Assembly (NCBI GenBank): GCA_031426815.1
Contig: JASJPG010000027.1
Location: 15,814 to 79,813 of the forward strand
From: Hydrogenophilaceae bacterium
GTDB taxonomy: Bacteria > Pseudomonadota > Gammaproteobacteria > Burkholderiales > Thiobacillaceae
DNA: 64,000 nucleotides
Reading direction: 5' to 3'
Shown here: one piece after another, positions 10,754 through 19,735 of the stretch
How the letters are laid out: each line of letters begins with the position of its first letter
Position numbering within the stretch: the stretch's first letter is position 1
The notes under the pieces: generated by a model
Told to the model about the DNA's origin: nothing
Database searches by the model: none
What the model saw: only the letters and a program-made list of their open reading frames with translations
Made by a program: the position numbers and the translations under genes

Positions 10754-12724
10754 ATGCTGCGCCTCATCAACCCGGAACAGGAGTTCCTGCGCTATCGCCG
10801 GCGTATGGAAATCGCCGGCTTCTTTGCCGCCGCCCTGTTTTTCGGCCTGTTCAGCCGTTTCGTCTGGCTGCAGATTGCCCAGTTCGACCATTACCACGCG
10901 CTGGCGGAAAACAACCGCATCTCGCTGGTGCCGGCGCCACCCTCGCGCGGCGTCATCTACGACCGCCAAAGTATGGTGCTGGCCCATAACTATTCCGCCA
11001 ACACGCTGGAAATCACGCCCGCCAAGGCCGGCAAACTGGAGGAGACGATCAACCGCCTGGCCGAAATCGTCGCGATCGAAGCAGGCGATCGCAAGCGTTT
11101 CAAGAAACTGCTCGCCGAGAGCAAGAATTTCGAAAGCATCCCGATCCGCAATCTTCTGACCGAGGAGGAAGCGGCCCGTTTCGCCGTCAATCGCTACCGC
11201 TTTCCCGGCGTCGAAATGAAAGCGCGCCAGTTCCGCCAGTACCCGTTCGGCGCCAGCTTTTCGCATGTGGTCGGCTACATCGGCCGGATCGGCGAAAAGG
11301 ACCAGGATCGCCTGATCGAAGCCGGTCTTGAGACCAACTACAAAGGCAGCGACCACATCGGCAAGCTCGGTCTCGAAGCCAGTTACGAAACCTGGCTGCA
11401 TGGCCGTACCGGCATCGAAAAAGTGGAAACCGATTCCGGCGGCCGCGCCGTCCGTCTGCTTTCCCGCACCGCTCCGGTGGCCGGCCACAACCTCTATCTG
11501 CATCTCGACGCCAAGCTGCAACAGGTGGCGGAAAAAGTCTTCGGCGATTATCGCGGCGCGCTGGTGGCGCTGGACCCGCGCAACGGCGGCGTACTGACCC
11601 TGGTGTCGAAACCGGGGTTCGATCCCAACCTGTTTGTCGACGGCATCGATGCCGCCACCTGGCGCGAGTTGAACGATTCGCTCGATCGCCCCCTGGTCAA
11701 CCGCGCGCTGCGCGGCGTCTATCCGCCCGGCTCGACGATCAAACCCTTCATGGGGCTGGCCGGACTGGAACTGGGCGTCCGCAAACCCGGCGACACCATC
11801 GCCGATCCGGGCTATTTCAGCCTGCCCGGCAGCAGCCATCGCTATCGCGACTGGAAGAAGGACGGCCACGGCATGGTCGATCTGAAACGTTCCATCACCA
11901 TTTCCTGCGACACCTACTATTACGGCCTGGCGCAACAGATGGGTATCGAGCGCATGTCCGGCTTTTTGTCGCAATTCGGCTTCGGCAAGAAATCCGGCGT
12001 CGACCTGGATGGCGAGCTGTCCGGCCTGATGCCGACGCCGGAATGGAAGAAGAAGCGATTCAAACAACCCTGGTGGCCTGGAGAAACCGTCGTTGCCGGC
12101 ATCGGCCAGGGCTATGTGCTGACCACGCCGATGCAGTTGGCGGTAGCCACCATGGCGATCGCCAACGACGGCGTCATTTACAAACCGCAGTTGATCCGCG
12201 CCTGGCGCGATGCCGCCACCGGCAAGATGGGCTATGCCGCGCCGCAGATCATGGGGCGGATCAAGCTCAACCCGGAATTCCTGCGCCTGGTCAAAGAGGC
12301 GATGGTGGATGTCACCCTGCCCGGCGGCACGGCGTCCATTGCCGGCGCCAACACGCCGTATCAGTTCGCCGGCAAGACCGGCACGGCACAGGTGGTCGGC
12401 ATCAAGCAAGGCGCGAAATACGTGGAAAGCCAGGTTTCGGCGAGGAACCGCGACCACGCCTTGTTCATCGCCTTCGCGCCAGCGGACAACCCCAAGATCG
12501 TCGTCGCAGTCATGGTCGAAAACGGCGGCCACGGCGGCTCGACGGCGGCGCCGATTGCACGCAAGGTGATCGATTACTGGCTGCTCGGCAAACTGCCCAC
12601 GGTTTTAGCACCGCCGGAAGCCGCCAGCGAGGCCGAAGAAGTGGAAGATCACGGCCCGGCGGAAGAGCCTGCGCCTGACAGCGCCGCACCCGTAACAGCT
12701 CCCACTCAGGCGAACCCGGAATGA
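10754..12724 (+). CDS. mrdA: Penicillin-binding protein 2 (elongasome transpeptidase)
   Basis: Contains STIKP (SxxK), SCD and KTGTA motifs. I chose the start at MLRLINPEQ. The upstream part of the ORF overlaps mreD. Confidence 0.93.
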   Translation: MLRLINPEQEFLRYRRRMEIAGFFAAALFFGLFSRFVWLQIAQFDHYHALAENNRISLVPAPPSRGVIYDRQSMVLAHNYSANTLEITPAKAGKLEETINRLAEIVAIEAGDRKRFKKLLAESKNFESIPIRNLLTEEEAARFAVNRYRFPGVEMKARQFRQYPFGASFSHVVGYIGRIGEKDQDRLIEAGLETNYKGSDHIGKLGLEASYETWLHGRTGIEKVETDSGGRAVRLLSRTAPVAGHNLYLHLDAKLQQVAEKVFGDYRGALVALDPRNGGVLTLVSKPGFDPNLFVDGIDAATWRELNDSLDRPLVNRALRGVYPPGSTIKPFMGLAGLELGVRKPGDTIADPGYFSLPGSSHRYRDWKKDGHGMVDLKRSITISCDTYYYGLAQQMGIERMSGFLSQFGFGKKSGVDLDGELSGLMPTPEWKKKRFKQPWWPGETVVAGIGQGYVLTTPMQLAVATMAIANDGVIYKPQLIRAWRDAATGKMGYAAPQIMGRIKLNPEFLRLVKEAMVDVTLPGGTASIAGANTPYQFAGKTGTAQVVGIKQGAKYVESQVSARNRDHALFIAFAPADNPKIVVAVMVENGGHGGSTAAPIARKVIDYWLLGKLPTVLAPPEAASEAEEVEDHGPAEEPAPDSAAPVTAPTQANPE

Positions 12725-13830
12725 TTCCACGCTTTCTCCGCCGCGCCGTCGGCAATCTGCTCAGCCACCTCGATGCTCCGCTCCTGGGTTTGCTCGCCCT
12801 GCTGCTGCTGGTCAGCACCACGGTCGTGTTCAGCGCCAGCGGCGAAAACAACGAACGATTGTTCTCGCACCTGAGCAACATCGGCGTCGCGCTCAGCGCC
12901 ATGCTGTTGCTGTCGCACATTCCGCCGCAACGTCTGATGCAGTTCGCGCTGCCGGTCTACATCGTCGGCGTGCTGCTGCTGCTCGGCGTGACACTGTTCG
13001 GCGTCGTCGTAAACGGCTCACGGCGCTGGCTCGAACTCGGCATCACGCGCATTCAACCTTCCGAACTGATGCGTCTGGCCGTCCCGATGATGCTGGCCTG
13101 GTACTTCCATTACAAACAGGAAACCCTGCGCGGCCGCGATTTCGCCATTGCCGCCTTGCTCTTGGCGCTGCCGGTCGGCTTCATCGCCAAACAGCCCGAC
13201 CTGGGCACCTCGCTGCTGATCACCGCCTCGGGTTTCTACGTGCTGTTCCTGGGTGGCCTGTCCTGGAAAGTCATCGTCGGCGCCGCCATCGCGGCAGGTT
13301 CGGCACTGCCGCTGGCCTGGAACTACCTGTTGCACGACTACCAGCGCCAACGTGTGCTGACCTTGATCGACCCGGCGTCGGACCCGCTCGGCGCCGGTTA
13401 CCACATCATCCAGGCCACCATCGCGGTCGGTTCCGGCGGTGTCGCCGGCAAGGGCTGGATGGCGGGCACGCAGACCCATCTCGACTTTTTGCCGGAACGC
13501 AGTACCGACTTCATCTTCGCGGTGTTCTCGGAAGAATTCGGTCTGATCGGCAACCTGTTTCTGTTGCTGCTCTACGCCGCCATCATCTGGCGCGGACTGC
13601 TGCTGGCGGCCGGGGCCACCTCGCTGTTCGGCCGCCTGCTCTCGGGCGCCATCGTGCTGACTTTCTTCACTTACGCCTTCGTCAACATGGGCATGGTGTC
13701 CGGCATTCTGCCGGTGGTCGGGGTGCCGTTGCCGCTGGTCAGCTATGGCGGCACCTCGATGCTGACCGTGATGGCCGGCTTCGGCATCATCATGAGCGCA
13801 GCAACGCATAAAAAGCTTGTAAAAACATAG
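12721..13830 (+). CDS. rodA: SEDS peptidoglycan polymerase RodA
   Basis: 369 aa polytopic protein with a 4-nt overlap with mrdA. Contains the TDFIFAV motif region of the FtsW/RodA family. Confidence 0.95.
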   Translation: MIPRFLRRAVGNLLSHLDAPLLGLLALLLLVSTTVVFSASGENNERLFSHLSNIGVALSAMLLLSHIPPQRLMQFALPVYIVGVLLLLGVTLFGVVVNGSRRWLELGITRIQPSELMRLAVPMMLAWYFHYKQETLRGRDFAIAALLLALPVGFIAKQPDLGTSLLITASGFYVLFLGGLSWKVIVGAAIAAGSALPLAWNYLLHDYQRQRVLTLIDPASDPLGAGYHIIQATIAVGSGGVAGKGWMAGTQTHLDFLPERSTDFIFAVFSEEFGLIGNLFLLLLYAAIIWRGLLLAAGATSLFGRLLSGAIVLTFFTYAFVNMGMVSGILPVVGVPLPLVSYGGTSMLTVMAGFGIIMSAATHKKLVKT

Positions 13831-13879
13831 CGTAAGAGAGCTACACTTACAGCAGTTTCTCAAGATTAGCGAGCGCGCC

Positions 13880-15130
13880 ATGTCTAGCCTCAAACGCAGT
13901 ATCAGGACAAACCCGCCTGCCGCCCCGACCTTGCTGGTGTTGGCACTCGGCCTGGCCCTGGCCGGTTGCGCGGGTGTCGGCAGCAAAACTGCCGATAACG
14001 ACAAGAACGAACGCGCCACTACCGGCAATACCGCCGATGCCGGCAAACCGGTGATCCCACCATACAAGGGCGGTGGCTATTACAAGGATGACGGTCCTGG
14101 CGCCAACACGCCCGACAACCTGGCTGCGATTCCCGATGCCGTACCGAAGCGGGAATCCCTGCACCGCTATGCCAACGATCCCTACAAGGTGCTCGGTCGC
14201 CGCTATATCCCGATCGCCGATACGGCCTCATACAAATCACGTGGACTCGCTTCCTGGTACGGCCGCAAGTTCCATGGCAAAGCCACCTCGATTGGCGAGT
14301 CGTACGACATGTATGCGATGTCTGCCGCCCACCCCACCTTGCCGCTGCCCAGCTATGCGCGCGTGACCAATCTGGAAAACGGCAAGAGCGTGGTGGTCCG
14401 CGTCAACGACCGCGGCCCGTTCCATCCCGGCCGCATCATCGACCTCTCCTACACCGCCGCCTACAAACTCGACATCCTGAAAGGCGTCACCTCGGTCGAA
14501 GTCGAGTCAGTCTCGCCGGACAGTGCGCCGACCTCTTTCGCCGCCCAGGCCGAGGAAGACCCCGCCGCCGGCGTCGAGCCGGTCGCACAAGCTGAACCGA
14601 TACCCGCCAGCCCGGGCAAGGCGATCTACCTGCAACTCGGCGCCTACAGCAACCCGGCCACCGCCGATGGCGTGCTGGCGCGTGCCACCGCCAAACTGTC
14701 GAGCGACTTTCCTGGTGTCATGCGCCTGGAAAGCAACGGCCTCCATAAAATCCAGGCCGGTCCCTTCGCCAGCGCCGAGTCCGCCGACCGCGCCGCCGCC
14801 TTGATCGAGCAGGATCTGGGCATCAAGACCTTCAGGGTCGTCGCCGAGGCCCCCGCCGCGACCACACCGGCCAGCCCACCCGCCAGCATAGAACCCGCCG
14901 CCGGCCTCTATCTGCAACTTGCCGCCGTGTCCAGCCCGGATGCCGCGGAAGCGCTGGCCAGCCGGGTGAAAACGCGCTTCGGCGGCGAACTGCCCGGCCT
15001 GAACCAGCTCAACGTCGGCACCCTGTTCAAACTCCAGGCTGGGCCCTTCGCCTCGCTGGCGGATGCCGAGCGCATCGCCCTGGCTTACCAGCAGGATTTC
15101 GGCGTCAAGCCGTATCGCGTCATCCGCTAA
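13880..15130 (+). CDS. rlpA: Septal ring lytic transglycosylase RlpA with two SPOR domains
   Basis: Lipoprotein signal ending LAGC. DPBB core GLASWYG...VRVNDRGPF. Two C-terminal SPOR-like repeats (YLQLGAY... and YLQLAAV...). Confidence 0.9.
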   Translation: MSSLKRSIRTNPPAAPTLLVLALGLALAGCAGVGSKTADNDKNERATTGNTADAGKPVIPPYKGGGYYKDDGPGANTPDNLAAIPDAVPKRESLHRYANDPYKVLGRRYIPIADTASYKSRGLASWYGRKFHGKATSIGESYDMYAMSAAHPTLPLPSYARVTNLENGKSVVVRVNDRGPFHPGRIIDLSYTAAYKLDILKGVTSVEVESVSPDSAPTSFAAQAEEDPAAGVEPVAQAEPIPASPGKAIYLQLGAYSNPATADGVLARATAKLSSDFPGVMRLESNGLHKIQAGPFASAESADRAAALIEQDLGIKTFRVVAEAPAATTPASPPASIEPAAGLYLQLAAVSSPDAAEALASRVKTRFGGELPGLNQLNVGTLFKLQAGPFASLADAERIALAYQQDFGVKPYRVIR

Positions 15131-15276
15131 GCGGAACTTATCGCAGCCTACGCCGACCATACGGCGTACTGCGCAGCCGTCCGGCTGCAACCCCGCAGAC
15201 AGCGAGCGTATGAAGTACTTCGCTTATCCTTCAGTTCTGTTTATTTCTCATTTTTATTTTGCGTACCTGCTTCCCC

Positions 15277-16416
15277 ATGCCGATGCTTCCTATCTTTCTG
15301 CTGTTTGCCTGTTCTGCCGTATTTGCCGGCGCCGCTACCGCCGCACTCCCCGTACCGCCCGCGCCGCAAATCGAAGCGCGCGCCTGGTTGCTGATCGACG
15401 CAGCGAGCGGTTTGCCGCTGGCGCAGAAAAATCCCGACGCCAAGGTCGAACCCGCCTCGCTGACCAAACTGATGACCGCTTACCTGGCCTTCAGCGCCAT
15501 CAAGGAAGGCCGCCTGGCACTCAATCAGGCCTTGCCGGTGTCGGAAAAGGCCTGGCGCGCGGAGGGCTCGCGCATGTTCCTCGACCCGAAGAATCCCGCT
15601 GTGGTCGAGGATCTGCTCAAAGGCATGATCGTGCAGTCCGGCAACGACGCCTGCATCACACTGGCCGAGGCCATCGCCGGTTCCGAAGAAAGCTTTGTCG
15701 GAATGATGAACGGCATGGCGAAGAAACTCGGCATGAACAGCACCCACTACCTCAACGCCACCGGCCTGCCGCACCCGCAGCACGTCACCACCGCGCGCGA
15801 CCTGGCGCGCCTGAGCACGGCCCTGATCCGCGACTTCCCCGAGTTTTACAAGATCTATTCGATGAAGGAATTCGCCTACAACGGCATCACCCAGCCAAAC
15901 CGCAACCGCCTGCTGTTCATGGACCCCAGCGCCGATGGCGTCAAAACCGGGCATACGGACAGCGCCGGCTACTGTCTGATCGCCTCGGCCAAACGCGAAA
16001 ATCGGCGTCTGCTGTCGGTCGTACTGGGCGCCAACTCCGACGCCGCGCGCGCGATGGAAAGCCAGAAACTGCTCAATTACGGCTTCCAGTTCTTCGAGAC
16101 GGTAAAACTCTATCCGGCCAACCAGACGGTATCCGCGTTGCGCATCTACAAGGGCACCGCCAGCGAGGTCAAAGCCGGGTTCCCGCATGACTTCCACGTC
16201 ACCGTGCCGCGCGGCACCAGCAAGCGCATCAAGGCACAACTGATCACCCAGCAACCTTTGCTGGCACCGGTCGCACGCGGACAGCAACTGGGTACGCTGC
16301 GCCTCACCGTCGACGCCGAGCCGGTCGGGGATTACCCGTTGCTGGCGCTGGAAAGCGTACCGGTCGCCGGCATCCTCGGGCGCGGCTGGGACAACATTTT
16401 GCTGCTGCTGAAATAA
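15277..16416 (+). CDS. D-alanyl-D-alanine carboxypeptidase (PBP5/6 class)
   Basis: Contains SLTKLMT (SxxK), SGND (SxN) and KTGHT (KTG). The start is uncertain: TTG at 15259, ATG at 15277 or ATG at 15283. Confidence 0.9.
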   Translation: MPMLPIFLLFACSAVFAGAATAALPVPPAPQIEARAWLLIDAASGLPLAQKNPDAKVEPASLTKLMTAYLAFSAIKEGRLALNQALPVSEKAWRAEGSRMFLDPKNPAVVEDLLKGMIVQSGNDACITLAEAIAGSEESFVGMMNGMAKKLGMNSTHYLNATGLPHPQHVTTARDLARLSTALIRDFPEFYKIYSMKEFAYNGITQPNRNRLLFMDPSADGVKTGHTDSAGYCLIASAKRENRRLLSVVLGANSDAARAMESQKLLNYGFQFFETVKLYPANQTVSALRIYKGTASEVKAGFPHDFHVTVPRGTSKRIKAQLITQQPLLAPVARGQQLGTLRLTVDAEPVGDYPLLALESVPVAGILGRGWDNILLLLK

Positions 16417-16433
16417 GCTTTAATCGCCTGGCA

Positions 16434-17297
16434 ATGACCACCGTCTACCTCAACGGCCAGTTTCTCCCGCTGCAACAAGCATGTGTGCCGGTCATGGACC
16501 GCGGCTTCCTGTTTGGCGACGGCGTCTATGAAGTCATCCCGGTTTACGACCGCCGGCCGTTCCGTCTACATGAGCATCTGGCGCGCTTGCAGGCCAGCCT
16601 GGACGGTATCCGCCTGGACAACCCGCATCGCACGGCCGAGTGGGAAAACCTGATCGGCCAGATCGTCGCCAGCGCGGAATGGCCGGATCAAGGCGTCTAC
16701 CTGCAGGTCACCCGCGGCGCTGGACCACGCGACCATGCTTTCCCGAAGACCGTGCAACCAACGGTGTTCATCCTGCCGCTGCAACTCAGCCCGCCCTCCG
16801 CCGCAGCGGTCGAGCACGGCGCCAGCGCCATCACCGCAGTCGACAACCGTTGGCTGCGCTGCGATCTGAAAGTCACTTCGCTGCTGCCCAATGTATTGTT
16901 GCGCCAGCTTTCCGTCGACGCCGACTGCGCCGAGACGGTGCTGATCCGCGACGGCCAGCTCATCGAAGGCGCCGCCAGCAGCGTATTTGTCGTGCTCGAT
17001 GGCGTCCTGCTCGCACCGCCCAAATCGAACCTGCTGCTGCCCGGCATCACCTACGACGTCGTGCTCGAACTGGCGGCGGCGGCGGGCGTTCCCTGCGACG
17101 TGCGCCCCATCGTGGAGACCGAACTGCGCTCGGCCGGCGAAATCTGGCTGACGTCTTCGACCAAGGAAATCCTGGCTGTTACCCGCCTCGATGGCCGCGT
17201 CGTCGGCGACGGTCGCCCCGGCCCGCTGTTTCGCCGCCTGCACGCCAGCTACCAAACCTTCAAACACACCGTCATGCGTGGAAAGGCCGCCCGATGA
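16434..17297 (+). CDS. Class IV aminotransferase, D-amino-acid (D-alanine) transaminase-like
   Basis: 287 aa. DRGFLFGDGVYEVIPVY and EGAASSVFVV are typical of fold-type IV PLP enzymes. It is shorter than ilvE, which is present separately. Confidence 0.8.
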   Translation: MTTVYLNGQFLPLQQACVPVMDRGFLFGDGVYEVIPVYDRRPFRLHEHLARLQASLDGIRLDNPHRTAEWENLIGQIVASAEWPDQGVYLQVTRGAGPRDHAFPKTVQPTVFILPLQLSPPSAAAVEHGASAITAVDNRWLRCDLKVTSLLPNVLLRQLSVDADCAETVLIRDGQLIEGAASSVFVVLDGVLLAPPKSNLLLPGITYDVVLELAAAAGVPCDVRPIVETELRSAGEIWLTSSTKEILAVTRLDGRVVGDGRPGPLFRRLHASYQTFKHTVMRGKAAR

Positions 17298-17569
17298 GCG
17301 AAGTTGCGAACAACGACACCCTGCTTGAATTCCCCTGCGATTTCCCGATCAAGATCATGGGCACGGCGGCAGACGACTTTGCCCGTCTGATGGTCGACAT
17401 CGTGCTGCGCCACGCCCCTGACTTCGATGCCGCGCGCGTCGAAATGCGCGCCTCCTCCGGCGGCAAGTACCTGTCGGTGACCTGTACCGTACGCGCCACC
17501 TCGAAACCGCAACTGGACGCGCTCTACCGCGAACTCACCGCGCATCCGCTGGTGAAAGTGGTGCTGTAA
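17294..17569 (+). CDS. YbeD-like DUF493 protein
   Basis: 91 aa with [11 protein letters not shown]. The ATGA start overlaps the upstream stop. It lies directly upstream of lipB, as in E. coli. Confidence 0.8.
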   Translation: MSEVANNDTLLEFPCDFPIKIMGTAADDFARLMVDIVLRHAPDFDAARVEMRASSGGKYLSVTCTVRATSKPQLDALYRELTAHPLVKVVL

Positions 17570-17571
17570 CC

Positions 17572-18186
17572 GTGAGCGGCTTGCCGATCGTCAAACACCT
17601 CGGCGTCGTTGATTACGAACCAACCTGGCGCGCGATGCAGGACTTCACCGCCGCGCGCACGGCCGAGACAGCGGATGAAATCTGGCTGCTGCAACACCCG
17701 CCGGTGTTCACGCTGGGCATGGCCGGCAAGCGCGAACACCTGCTTGCCGATATCGGCATCCCGGTCGTGGCCATCGACCGCGGCGGCCAAGTCACCTACC
17801 ACGGCCCTGGCCAGGTGGTGATCTATCTCCTGCTCGACTTGAGACGACGCGGCTACGGCATCAAAGAACTGGTGCGACGCATGGAGCAGGCGATCATCGA
17901 CACGCTGGCGGCAGATGGCATCGCGGCCGCACGCCTGGCCGGCGCCCCCGGCGTCTACGTCGCCGGCGCCAAGATCGCCGCGCTCGGCCTGCGCGTCAAA
18001 CACGGTTGCACCTACCACGGCCTCAGCCTGAACGTGGCCATGGACCTGACCCCGTTCCAGGCCATCAACCCGTGCGGCTATGCCGGCATGGCGGTGACGC
18101 AGATGCGCGATCTGGGTGCCATGACCGCTGTGCAGCAGGCTGGCGAAGGCTTGCTGGCCAATCTGCTGTGGCAGATTGCCGCCTGA
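17572..18186 (+). CDS. lipB: Octanoyltransferase
   Basis: 204 aa with a GTG start. Contains [12 protein letters not shown] and a KIAALG lysine region. Confidence 0.93.
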   Translation: MSGLPIVKHLGVVDYEPTWRAMQDFTAARTAETADEIWLLQHPPVFTLGMAGKREHLLADIGIPVVAIDRGGQVTYHGPGQVVIYLLLDLRRRGYGIKELVRRMEQAIIDTLAADGIAAARLAGAPGVYVAGAKIAALGLRVKHGCTYHGLSLNVAMDLTPFQAINPCGYAGMAVTQMRDLGAMTAVQQAGEGLLANLLWQIAA

Positions 18187-18201
18187 GCGGCCGGCCTACC
18201 C

Positions 18202-19704
18202 CTACTTCTTCGTTCCGGCCAGCTTCTCGAACAACTGACCCAGATTGAGTTGTGCCTTGGCATAGCCTTGATCGGCCGATTTCTGGAACCAGGCCAGGGC
18301 TTCGCCTTCATTCTTTTCGACACCGATGCCGTCGCGGTAAAGCACGCCCAGGTTGTGCTGGGCGAACTTGTCACCGGCATCCGCGGCCTTGCGGTACCAC
18401 TTGCCGGCGACGGCGGGGTCTTTGGCGACGCCCTTGCCTTGTTCGAAAATGACACCGAGGTTGTTCTGCGCGGCGATGTCGCCGGCTTCCGCCGACTTGG
18501 TCAGCCAACTCACTGCTTCTTCCGCCTTGCCGGCCTTGTGCAGCAGCCAGCCGAGACGGCTTTGCGCGGCGGCGACATTCTTTTCGGCGGCCTTGCGATA
18601 CCAGTCCAGCGCTTCGGCCTCGTTTTTCTCCGCACCTTGGCCTTGTTCGGCCATCAGTCCAAGGTTGTACCAGGCCAGCGGTTCGTTCTGTGCCGCTGCC
18701 TTGAGGAACCAGGCGCGTGCCTGCGCAGCATCGGCGGCGACACCCTGGCCTTCGCGATAGAGTCGGCCCAGGTTGTTCTGCGCGGTGGCATCGTTGCCGG
18801 CGGCGGCGCGCTGATACCAATTCAAAGCGGCTACCAGATCGGGGTTGCCGACGGGGTTGCTCAAGGCGCCGGTTTCGTGCAACCAGCCCAGATGCGTGGC
18901 GGCGGGGGCGTCGCCGGCATCGGCCGCCATCTGGAACCAGCGCGCCGCTTCGGTCATGTTTTTCGGGATCCCCTGGCCCTTTTCGAACATCCAGGCCAGA
19001 CGGCTTTGCGAGGCGACATGACCCTGACTGCCAGCCAGCGCCAGCCAGTTGGCGGCGGTGAGCCAATCCTGCGGCACGCCACCGAGGCCGTCCTTGTAGA
19101 TCAGGCCCAGATTGCCCTGCGCTTCGGCATTGCCAGCTTCGGCCGCGCGGGTGAACCACTTCACCGCTTCGGCGTAATCTGCTTTGACGCCTTGGCCGTA
19201 GGCGTACTTGATGCCCAGATTGTTCTGCGCCGGCACGTCGCCCAGTTCCGCGGCCCGGCGCGTCCAGAATGCCGCCAGTTCTGGACTCACCGGCACACCC
19301 AGACCTTTTTCATGCATCAACGCCAGTTGCGATTGCGCAGCGGCCATATTGAGTTCGGCCGCGCCGGTCATCAGCTTGGCGGCGCGTTCCGCATCCGGTG
19401 CCACGCCCTGGCCCTTGAGAAACAACAGGCCGAGGTTGTAGAGGCCGGTCGGTTCGTTCTGCAAGGCGGCGCGTTCGTACCATTTGGCGGCTTCGCCGAT
19501 GTCCTTGCCGACGCCGAGGCCCTGTTCGAACAGCCAGCCCATTTTGGTCTGCGCTTCAGCATCGCCGGCATTGGCAGCCATCTGGTAGTAACGCAACGCC
19601 ATCTGCATGGCCTGGATCGGGTCTGGAATCGGCAGCGCCGGGCCGGCGGCCAACAGCGGCGCGCTATGCAAGGCAAGGACGAGGGAGAGGGCTCGCAGTT
19701 TCAT
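18202..19704 (-). CDS. Secreted Sel1/TPR-like repeat protein
   Basis: Signal peptide MKLRALSLVLALHSAPLLAA. About 12 tandem 36-aa units of the form A..WY.KAA.QG...AQ..LG..Y..G.GV..D. Confidence 0.85.
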   Translation of the reverse strand: MKLRALSLVLALHSAPLLAAGPALPIPDPIQAMQMALRYYQMAANAGDAEAQTKMGWLFEQGLGVGKDIGEAAKWYERAALQNEPTGLYNLGLLFLKGQGVAPDAERAAKLMTGAAELNMAAAQSQLALMHEKGLGVPVSPELAAFWTRRAAELGDVPAQNNLGIKYAYGQGVKADYAEAVKWFTRAAEAGNAEAQGNLGLIYKDGLGGVPQDWLTAANWLALAGSQGHVASQSRLAWMFEKGQGIPKNMTEAARWFQMAADAGDAPAATHLGWLHETGALSNPVGNPDLVAALNWYQRAAAGNDATAQNNLGRLYREGQGVAADAAQARAWFLKAAAQNEPLAWYNLGLMAEQGQGAEKNEAEALDWYRKAAEKNVAAAQSRLGWLLHKAGKAEEAVSWLTKSAEAGDIAAQNNLGVIFEQGKGVAKDPAVAGKWYRKAADAGDKFAQHNLGVLYRDGIGVEKNEGEALAWFQKSADQGYAKAQLNLGQLFEKLAGTKK

Positions 19705-19735
19705 GGCGGTTCCTTTTCAACAAAACAAAATGAAT

